In this document: positions 57,550-64,000 of the stretch, in pieces
Layout: every line of letters begins with the position of its first letter
How positions within the stretch are numbered: position 1 is the first letter of the stretch
Source of the DNA: Clostridia bacterium
GTDB lineage: Bacteria > Bacillota > Clostridia > Christensenellales > CAG-138
Reading direction: 5' to 3'
Assembly: GCA_017509785.1 (NCBI GenBank)
Contig: JAFWOT010000012.1
Location: 645,476 to 709,475, forward strand
DNA length: 64,000 bases
Program-made: the position numbers and the translations under genes
Notes under the pieces: generated by a model
What the model was told of the DNA's origin: nothing
Databases searched by the model: none
Seen by the model: only the letters and a program-made list of their open reading frames with translations

Positions 57550-57985
57550 ATATCTCCCTGTCCCTTTCCATGAATACGTTAAATATCACACGGTCAATGT
57601 CATTTGAATGCGTCTTCAGCCATTTCGTCACGGTTTCAACCGCGATTTGGGCCGCCCGCTCCTTCGGGAAGCCGAATACGCCCGTCGAGATACAACAGAA
57701 GGCGACCGAGCGGAGCCCGTTTTCCGCGCACATGTCAAGCGTGTTTTTATAGCATTCCGCAAGCTCCCTTTCGTTCTTTGCGGTGAGTCCGCCCGAGACT
57801 ATCGGCCCGACGATATGGATGATCTTCTTCGCGGGGAGGTTGAAACCTTCGGTCAGCATCGGAACGGCGGTGGGCTGTTCATAGTCGTTGCCGTAAACGG
57901 AACGCAGCTCGGCCATCTGCCTTGCGCACTCCGCGCGCAGCTGCACGCCAGCGAATGTGTGGATGCAGTTCCCGATACTTGTCCG
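57530..57985 (-). pseudogene. Macrodomain (protein-ADP-ribose hydrolase-type) gene lacking its 5' part
   Basis: The retained sequence is IHTFAGVQLRAEC...AKKIIHIVGPIV...LRSVAFCCISTGVFGFP. The expected upstream N-terminal region and the VNAAN/GG loop are absent. GC content drops sharply beyond about 57990. Confidence 0.65.
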
Positions 57986-59828
57986 ATTGCGACATTTGTG
58001 TGTGTATATCTTCTTCTGCGTCATTTTCATGGCTCTGAATCACACACAAATTGACCTTTAATACCCCATTGCCAGTAAAAGGTATGTAACTAGCTGTATC
58101 AAAGAAGTTGGTGTAGTCTTCCTTGATACAACCTTTCAAAAATATGTGAGCAATAGGTTCATCATTTTCATAGACAACGTAGACTCTTTCGACGACCGCC
58201 CGGACCATTGACATGAGTTCTTCCGGTGTTGCCGTCTTCCATGATTCCTTGAAATCCGCCAGTTTTTTCTTGACCTGAGAAAGATCCTCGATGGTCTGTG
58301 AATTATCACCGCGTTCCTCTTCAAGTTTCAGCAAAACTGCTTCTTTCCGGCTGAGTTCTGCGGACATCTCTGTCACATCATCCTGGATGAATTTCCTGAG
58401 AACGTCATCTGCTTCACGCAAGTTCCTGATCTGTGCCGCAATATCCGCTTTGATCTTTTCGATATCTTTCTTCGTTTCCTGGTATTCACGTTCCGAAGCA
58501 TCTGATCTTGTAAGCTCCCGGATCCTTGCTTCAATCAGCTTGAAATAAGTCTCCTTCTGCTCATCTACTAAGGCAGCGAGCTGTCTCACCACCTGATCAT
58601 CCAGCTTAACACCATCAACAGCCAGGTAATAGCATTCTTTTTTTCGATGTCCGGGGCATACGTACTTGAAACGAGGTCTTCCTCTGGTCCAGCGACCGGA
58701 CTCAGAAACCACATTCAGGACTTTGCCGCATTTCGGACAGATCATCAAACCTGAAAGTAAAGCGTTAGTCGCACGGTGCGGGCGATTATGCTGCTCTTCG
58801 ATGTCCTTCATCAGTTGCTGTGCAGCAATCCAGTCTTCCGAAGAAATAAAAGGCTCATGCTTTCCAACTGATATGATCCAATCATTTATTGGCTTCCGGA
58901 AAGAGAGCTGCGTGAACTTTGGATTGAAGAAAGTCGAATCTTCATGTTCGTCTTTTACGTGGTCGGTTTTATTATAACCGCTTAATGCATGTTTTCCATC
59001 GAAATCTTCAATGTTTCCTGCAACATTGGCACCGTTGTCAAAAAAGAACTGATAGGAAGTCTGATCAGCTGTACAGTATACCGGATTATGCAGAATATCG
59101 CTGATAGCCCGCATACGATATGGAAGTCCGTTCTTGGTAACATAGCCATTTTCATTCATGTAAACCTTTGTCCGGTTATATGATCGTGTTTCCAGAAACT
59201 TTTTAAAAATCAGCTGTACTTGTTCCCGCTGTTCCGGAATCGGGACGAGGAAACTGACAGCACTTTTGTTTTTTCCGCTGCCGGTTGCAACCCTCTGCTT
59301 GTCAAATCCGGTCGGTGTCTGTCCGCCCATCCAGCGTCCATCCTTGGATAGTTCCATCAGGTTATCCTGAATACGTTCTGTCAGAATATCGCGCTCAAAC
59401 TCAGCGATGATCGCGAGCACCTGGATGATGATCTTGGATGTGCTGATCTGGGTATTGATGTTATTGGAGCAGACAAGAAGGACGACATCGTTCTTTTCCA
59501 GATACTCCAGCAGTCTCATCAGATCCGATGTTTTACGACTGATACGGTCCAGCTTGTAACAGGCAACAGCCCGGATCTTGCCGGAATCAATATCATGGAG
59601 CATTCTCTGGAAATCTGGCCTGTCAGCATAGTAACCGCTCAGACCTTTGTCACTGTACTGCTCAAACTCATAATCCTCCGGCAGCTTCAGCTGGCTCATA
59701 GCATAATCAGCACTCTGTTTCAGCTGTACGCCGATACTGTCACCTTTGTTTGTGATAACAGATTTTCGGGTGTAGATGGCTACCTTCCGGGTGTCTTCAC
59801 CCAGAGCGGCAGTCCTTCGTCTTCTCAT
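57879..59828 (-). CDS. Large serine recombinase (integrase)
   Basis: 649-aa ORF. The N-terminal resolvase domain is VAIYTRKSV...GDSIGVQ...YKLDRISR. It also has the recombinase domain, a zinc ribbon (CPKCG...CPGH) and a coiled coil. The last ~37 codons run into the GC-rich flank. Confidence 0.9.
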   Translation of the reverse strand: MRRRRTAALGEDTRKVAIYTRKSVITNKGDSIGVQLKQSADYAMSQLKLPEDYEFEQYSDKGLSGYYADRPDFQRMLHDIDSGKIRAVACYKLDRISRKTSDLMRLLEYLEKNDVVLLVCSNNINTQISTSKIIIQVLAIIAEFERDILTERIQDNLMELSKDGRWMGGQTPTGFDKQRVATGSGKNKSAVSFLVPIPEQREQVQLIFKKFLETRSYNRTKVYMNENGYVTKNGLPYRMRAISDILHNPVYCTADQTSYQFFFDNGANVAGNIEDFDGKHALSGYNKTDHVKDEHEDSTFFNPKFTQLSFRKPINDWIISVGKHEPFISSEDWIAAQQLMKDIEEQHNRPHRATNALLSGLMICPKCGKVLNVVSESGRWTRGRPRFKYVCPGHRKKECYYLAVDGVKLDDQVVRQLAALVDEQKETYFKLIEARIRELTRSDASEREYQETKKDIEKIKADIAAQIRNLREADDVLRKFIQDDVTEMSAELSRKEAVLLKLEEERGDNSQTIEDLSQVKKKLADFKESWKTATPEELMSMVRAVVERVYVVYENDEPIAHIFLKGCIKEDYTNFFDTASYIPFTGNGVLKVNLCVIQSHENDAEEDIHTQMSQSDKYRELHPHIRWRAAARGVRKADGRAAFRLRQRL

Positions 59829-59872
59829 TTCGAATTACCTCCTTCGCATGGAGGCACAGATGCCTCCGTGAC

Positions 59873-60043
59873 CTATGCAGCCTTCAATTCAGCCGGATGG
59901 TCCTTCTTCCATTCAGTGAGAAGAGCCTTCAGCTGTTCTGTCTGCCAGGTCTCTACGATCTTTATTGCGAGATCGACTCTTTTCTGGACGAGGAGCTTTA
60001 CATACGGTTCGCTCTCTTCGCCAACATGAATTACGGCTTGCAT
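59873..60043 (-). CDS. Small hypothetical protein (56 aa, not in the ORF track)
   Basis: Hand translation gives MQAVIHVGEESEPYVKLLVQKRVDLAIKIVETWQTEQLKALLTEWKKDHPAELKAA. A GGAGGT RBS lies 6 nt upstream. The gene sits just upstream of the recombinase gene. Confidence 0.45.
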   Translation of the reverse strand: MQAVIHVGEESEPYVKLLVQKRVDLAIKIVETWQTEQLKALLTEWKKDHPAELKAA

Positions 60044-60061
60044 TTCATACCTCCATCTAAT

Positions 60062-60096
60062 AAAACAGGCGGAGGTATGATTTCTTACCTGCCGCC
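60062..60096 (-). terminator. Rho-independent terminator downstream of mazF
   Basis: Minus-strand hairpin GGCGGCAGGTA-AGAAATCA-TACCTCCGCC (one bulge), followed by TGTTTTATT. Confidence 0.65.
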
Positions 60097-60157
60097 AGTG
60101 TATTTCGTTTTGATTGTTTTGTTTAGGATGCCAATTCCGGAAAAGAGGATATCACCT

Positions 60158-60568
60158 CTATGAAGCGTCATCATATTCCGGTTCGTTGTCAAGTCCAAGA
60201 CTTTTTCTGATCCCTCTGTCGACCAGGTCCATCTGCATTGGTGATAGCCTCCCGACATAGCGATGTACACGGGATTTATCGATTGTTCGGATCTGTTCCA
60301 GGACAATAATAGAGGGCTTCTTCAGATTTCCAGCCGGTCTGATATAGACATGTGTAGGAAGATCTGTTCGTTTAATTTCTTTGGTCATCGCCGCAACGAT
60401 CAGCGTCGGGCTATGGAGATTTCCTATGTTGTTCTGCAGAACAACAACCGGACGTATTCCGCCTTGCTCTGCCCCGGTGTATGGATTCAGATTCGCTATG
60501 TAAATATCTCCTCGATGATATACCCAATCGGAGGGTATCCCTTGATACATCTCAATTACTTCCGCCAT
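60158..60568 (-). CDS. mazF: MazF/PemK (EndoA-like) endoribonuclease toxin
   Basis: 136 aa with an AGGAGG RBS. GDIYIANLNPYTGAEQGGIRPVVVLQNNIGNLHSPTLIVAAMT...LPTHVYI...VLEQIRTIDKSRV closely parallels B. subtilis EndoA, from memory. Confidence 0.9.
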   Translation of the reverse strand: MAEVIEMYQGIPSDWVYHRGDIYIANLNPYTGAEQGGIRPVVVLQNNIGNLHSPTLIVAAMTKEIKRTDLPTHVYIRPAGNLKKPSIIVLEQIRTIDKSRVHRYVGRLSPMQMDLVDRGIRKSLGLDNEPEYDDAS

Positions 60569-60593
60569 TGGGTCCTCCTGTTATTAAGAAACA

Positions 60594-60635
60594 GTGTCCG
60601 GATCCGAACTGCGCTAACAGCACAGATCCGGACAC
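60594..60635 (-). terminator. Strong hairpin (11 bp perfect stem) immediately 5' of the mazF RBS
   Basis: GTGTCCGGATC-N20-GATCCGGACAC. On the minus strand it is followed by TGTTTCTTAATAACAGGAGG and then the mazF ATG. Confidence 0.6.
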
Positions 60636-61079
60636 CTGAATAGTTTTGTGATTGTGATCTCTTTTCAGCAGTATGAATAGCTATTGCGTAGCATCACAGG
60701 CATTTCAGCCTCCGGTGGTTCTTCAACCGGCCGCACCCACAGCTTGCGGAGTTATTCCTTTCACTCGAACCATGGCCATACGGGAGTATCATTGTCGACA
60801 GAGTCGTCATCGCTGCAGCCCTTTGCATTAGGCCGCTTATAAGTCCAGGTGTTCTCGCTCGTCAATAAGGGTCATGGCGTACCTGCTTACACGGCTATTC
60901 CTCTGCTTAACGTTTTCGCTACTGCTTGTGACTGCATCTGGTTCTGACGCAGTATTTGTCAAGGAACATACAAGCAGTGTGATACTTCGTGATACAGGCT
61001 GCTTATGGTCATATTCTATGTTCTCCTTCCTTTCAGTTCATCGGCGTGGTGCGCCGTGAAATATGGCGCTCTGCGTCGT

Positions 61080-61376
61080 TCAGATTATCTTTCCGCAAAG
61101 CATTCTTAATTCGCCTGAGATACGCATTAGTTCTTCCCGGATGGCATGGTTATTTCCTTCCACACCGAGAATCAGATAATCCAGGCTGACATCAAAGTAT
61201 CGTGCAATCTCAATCAGAATATCGATAGAGAAACCATGCCTTGGCTCTCCACGCTCTGCTCTGTAAAGATGATCGCGAGTGCAATTAACAGCATCAGCCA
61301 GTTGATCCAGGCTGATCTGATGGCCGGTACGAAGTTCGTTGACCCGCCGGCCGATTTCTTTCTGATTAAAGCTCAT
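61080..61376 (-). CDS. XRE-family HTH transcriptional regulator
   Basis: 98 aa with the HTH IGRRVNELRTGHQISLDQLADAVNCTRDHLYRAERG. Confidence 0.8.
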   Translation of the reverse strand: MSFNQKEIGRRVNELRTGHQISLDQLADAVNCTRDHLYRAERGEPRHGFSIDILIEIARYFDVSLDYLILGVEGNNHAIREELMRISGELRMLCGKII

Positions 61377-61560
61377 AAAAAAACTCCCTTGTCTTCAAAT
61401 TGCAATCGCGATTACGGTCACAATCCTATTACATGGGGGTCTCCGGCCTGTCGCAGAGATGGTCACACATCGGTCGCAAAACATAACTCAGGTCGTTAAG
61501 CTGTCAAATCTTGGTCAAATATCAGTCGCATATTACAGTTATCACAGTTGTAATAGCGCA

Positions 61561-61600
61561 AAAAAAGAGGGATCGCGGCAATTGCCATCCCGGATCCCTC
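61561..61600 (-). terminator. Rho-independent terminator after the 61633..62205 gene
   Basis: 8 bp stem GAGGGATC / GATCCCTC, followed by a T-run on the minus strand. Confidence 0.7.
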
Positions 61601-61632
61601 ATATTATTTGTAATGCCATATAGTGAATCACT

Positions 61633-62205
61633 TTAATTCGGATCGTTATCTTTCACCTTCGGAATGAAAATTGGATCTTTGCTGAATATAATTGTGCGCT
61701 TCTTGTCGTTTTCATCAAGATACGACAATTCCACACGCGTAATCCCATCTAATTTAGTAAAACACTCATCTGAATATAGCATATAAACCGATTGATCAAA
61801 TCCCATAATTTCATGTGAAGGTATATTAGATAGTTCACTGTCTTCAGCACGAGAAATATGATGGCTGTATACTCTTGTCGATTCATCTTTGGGAACCTTA
61901 CTAAAAACAAGCTTATTGTTTCTGTAAAAGTTCAATAAGAATTTTCGGGCAACTCTTGGATAGTCATAACCATTATAGATTTCGAATCTGTATCGAATAG
62001 AATATCCATAAATGTCTTCGTCCACTTTTCCCTTCATCCCGCAGCCTACATCTTTGAATGTCTGAAACTTTGCGTTATATTCTATCGGATAATTTTTCAG
62101 CTTTCCTCGATGTTGCAGGAAATAGGTTGTTAAAAGCGTAGCAACACTGCCTACGACAGCGCCGATAATTCCTTCGAAGTCTTTAAGTATTTGAATCACT
62201 TCCAC
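61633..62205 (-). CDS. Hypothetical protein with one N-terminal TM helix
   Basis: 190-aa ORF. IIGAVVGSVATLLTTYFL is the predicted TM helix. I recognised no family. Confidence 0.55.
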   Translation of the reverse strand: MEVIQILKDFEGIIGAVVGSVATLLTTYFLQHRGKLKNYPIEYNAKFQTFKDVGCGMKGKVDEDIYGYSIRYRFEIYNGYDYPRVARKFLLNFYRNNKLVFSKVPKDESTRVYSHHISRAEDSELSNIPSHEIMGFDQSVYMLYSDECFTKLDGITRVELSYLDENDKKRTIIFSKDPIFIPKVKDNDPN

Positions 62206-62276
62206 AGTTTATGCTCCTTTTATTCATGCCTTAATTGTGTATACGGATTATACATCACTTATCAAAATCTTGCCTT

Positions 62277-62813
62277 TTATAGTTTCTTATACCCATTCAG
62301 CTGTTCTACCAGTAAATCATAATACTCTTCATCCAATGTGTTTTTTGCAGTCTCTAGTGCCTTCTTGGCGAGTTCAACCATGTCACGCTTCCGAAGAGAC
62401 GTGATCATCCAGTAATATAGCTTTTCTTCTTCCGGCGCTTCCTTTAATGCCTGTACGACATATTCATGGATTCTGGAATAATCCTTCTGATCATAGAGAA
62501 GTTCACAGAGCTTATAGATAGCGGCTAGATATCTCTCCAGATATCGCATACTCACAGGCCGTAGCCATTCTTCTGCATCAGCCTCCGGAAAGACACCACC
62601 TTTATACAGTTTCACAGCCTGCCGGATCAGGAAAGCCTTCCTAACAGGATCTGTCGCGGCTTTGGACTGCGCAATAAGGTTATCGAACATCTGCAGATCC
62701 GTTCGGATGTTCAGATCTTTGTTAAAGAAGTAGCCATTTGGACCAGTCTCAATGAGTGAGCTTGTGAAGGTTGAACCAAAATCCTTTCGAAAATGGTATA
62801 TCTGATTCTTCAC
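62277..62813 (-). CDS. Helical-repeat protein, BTAD/TPR-like (tentative)
   Basis: 178 aa with a GTG start and no clear RBS, 4 nt after the helicase stop. AVKLYKGGVFPEADAEEWLRPVSMRYLERYL...ALKEAPEEEKLYYWMI resembles bacterial transcriptional activator domains. Confidence 0.4.
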   Translation of the reverse strand: MKNQIYHFRKDFGSTFTSSLIETGPNGYFFNKDLNIRTDLQMFDNLIAQSKAATDPVRKAFLIRQAVKLYKGGVFPEADAEEWLRPVSMRYLERYLAAIYKLCELLYDQKDYSRIHEYVVQALKEAPEEEKLYYWMITSLRKRDMVELAKKALETAKNTLDEEYYDLLVEQLNGYKKL

Positions 62814-62817
62814 ACGA

Positions 62818-64000
62818 TTAGCGAGAGTAGGCGTAATCTGTTGTTCCTGTCAAACCAATGTGTGTTTTACCGCGTCGCCGTAACCACTTAAGAAGATCTG
62901 CATTCTCTGGCTTTGTGAGATAATCATTTGCCATCATGATGCAATTCCGATAGTAGGTCAGATGTTCTGGTTGAAGAAATACATAGTCGCCGTTCTCCAA
63001 GCCCTGAATATATCGTGGGAACATCAGCATGAGACAGCCGATAGCAAGCCTTATTTCATCGCGCTGAAAGAACATATCCGAACGCGGCGAGTAAACATTA
63101 ATGTTGTTATCTTCCAGATAACGTGCAAGGGCTGTCACTCGCGGATGTTTCACCGAATTAAATAGAAACGCGATTTGGTTATAATCAGTGAGTTTTCCGG
63201 ATTCTTTTAGACAATGGATGAATGACAGAATGTTCTCGTGCCATTCATCCATATCATCTACACCAGCAAGTTTCACAACTGCAGGGCTATGAAGTGTTGT
63301 TTTCTTATGTGGCTCGATCTTCTTCTCATAGCGGAAATTTTCCCAACTAAATTTAAATTTTGCCCCCTCAGTGGTGCTCATCCATTCGTTATAAAAGTCG
63401 ACAATATCACTGTTGGAACGGTAGTTTATAACCAAAGGAATGATACGACACTCGCCAGCCGCAAACTTCTGAGGAAACTCAAGAATGTTTCGAATAGTAG
63501 CACCTCTGAAACGGTATAAGCCCTGGTCATCATCACCAACTACGCAGATATTCTTTTGATCTCCAGCAAGGAGAAATATAAATTGTTCCTGAATGAAGTT
63601 CGTGTCTTGATACTCATCAACCATGATGTGTGTGACCTGTGTACGTATCTCCTTCAGGATATCAGCATGATTACAAAGAAGATTGTAGGCTTCAATCTGG
63701 ATTGACGAGAAATCCATCAGATTACCTTCAGTAAGAATATCTCGGTATTCCTTAAGCAGTCGCCCGAGAGCCGCAATCGACTGGTCGGAGTCAGACATTA
63801 ATTCTTCTGGTGTCACCAATTCTTCTGAGAGATTGTTAACATAGTTGCAAATAGCCTCTGCCTGTTTCCATGCTCCTCCCGTTGGAAGAGCAATATCAAT
63901 CTCTGGGATATTTCTAAAGCGATATATATTTTGGAATACCATGTACTGCTGATCAAAAGCATCCAGAAGGCGGTAATTCCTGCGAAGTCTTGTGAATTCA
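62818..64000 (-). CDS. UvrD/Rep-family helicase, 5'-truncated by the window edge
   Basis: It has motif II VDEYQDTN, motif III VVGDDDQGLYRFRGA and motif IV INYRSN. The reading frame stays open upstream of the listed Met, through position 63999. The expected motifs V and VI were not seen before the stop. Confidence 0.7.
   Translation of the reverse strand, partial: EFTRLRRNYRLLDAFDQQYMVFQNIYRFRNIPEIDIALPTGGAWKQAEAICNYVNNLSEELVTPEELMSDSDQSIAALGRLLKEYRDILTEGNLMDFSSIQIEAYNLLCNHADILKEIRTQVTHIMVDEYQDTNFIQEQFIFLLAGDQKNICVVGDDDQGLYRFRGATIRNILEFPQKFAAGECRIIPLVINYRSNSDIVDFYNEWMSTTEGAKFKFSWENFRYEKKIEPHKKTTLHSPAVVKLAGVDDMDEWHENILSFIHCLKESGKLTDYNQIAFLFNSVKHPRVTALARYLEDNNINVYSPRSDMFFQRDEIRLAIGCLMLMFPRYIQGLENGDYVFLQPEHLTYYRNCIMMANDYLTKPENADLLKWLRRRGKTHIGLTGTTDYAYSR

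Larger units (their letters stand above)
57985..64000. mobile_element. Low-GC integrated element with a large serine recombinase at its left end (right end outside the window)
   Basis: GC content changes abruptly at about 57985-58000. The recombinase gene lies at the junction. Cargo genes are MazF, XRE and a UvrD-like helicase. The insertion interrupts the macrodomain gene. Confidence 0.65.

Overview
The window looks like a high-GC Firmicutes/Clostridia chromosome segment. Dockerin and cohesin modules suggest a cellulosome-type organism, but the taxon is inference only. From left to right:
(1) 216-8594: an agr-like quorum-sensing locus. agrC/agrA/agrB homologues are on the plus strand. A 46-codon AgrD-like ORF that is too short for the ORF track heads a divergent minus-strand operon. 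That operon also encodes a small secreted protein and four tandem paralogous lipoproteins.
(2) 8595-15774: an acyl-ACP thioesterase gene, then a complete F1Fo ATP synthase operon. In it, a second b-like segment, a delta-like segment and alpha form one 754-codon ORF.
(3) 15926-36285: housekeeping genes (M42 peptidase, YibE/F, fumC, two HAD hydrolases, ApbE) interleaved with two large dockerin-bearing proteins. One has OB-fold-like repeats plus a PHP phosphoesterase. The other combines an Endonuclease I domain with a cohesin and a dockerin.
(4) 36406-36899: a strong promoter, two tRNA-like tandem units and tRNA-Ser(CGA).
(5) 36901-53986: a roughly 17 kb integrative mobilizable element bounded by about 40 bp imperfect direct repeats. 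It carries integrase, excisionase-like HTH, ParB-like protein, relaxase and MobC, an AAA ATPase, an MmeI-family restriction-modification enzyme with an AT-rich central segment, a SLOG/DUF1273 gene, a mirror-duplicated unknown gene pair with phased palindrome arrays, Phd/Doc, and an HTH plus PD-(D/E)XK-like pair. A 440 bp relic of the MmeI/SLOG junction lies just outside the right repeat.
(6) 54542-57985: core genes, ending in a Sir2 gene and a macrodomain gene whose 5' part is missing.
(7) From about 57985 to the window edge: a low-GC element with a large serine recombinase inserted in the macrodomain gene. It carries a MazF/EndoA toxin with no adjacent protein antitoxin, an XRE regulator, and a partial UvrD-like helicase cluster.
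No CRISPR array or rRNA gene was seen. All functional calls come from motif recognition by eye; no searches were run.
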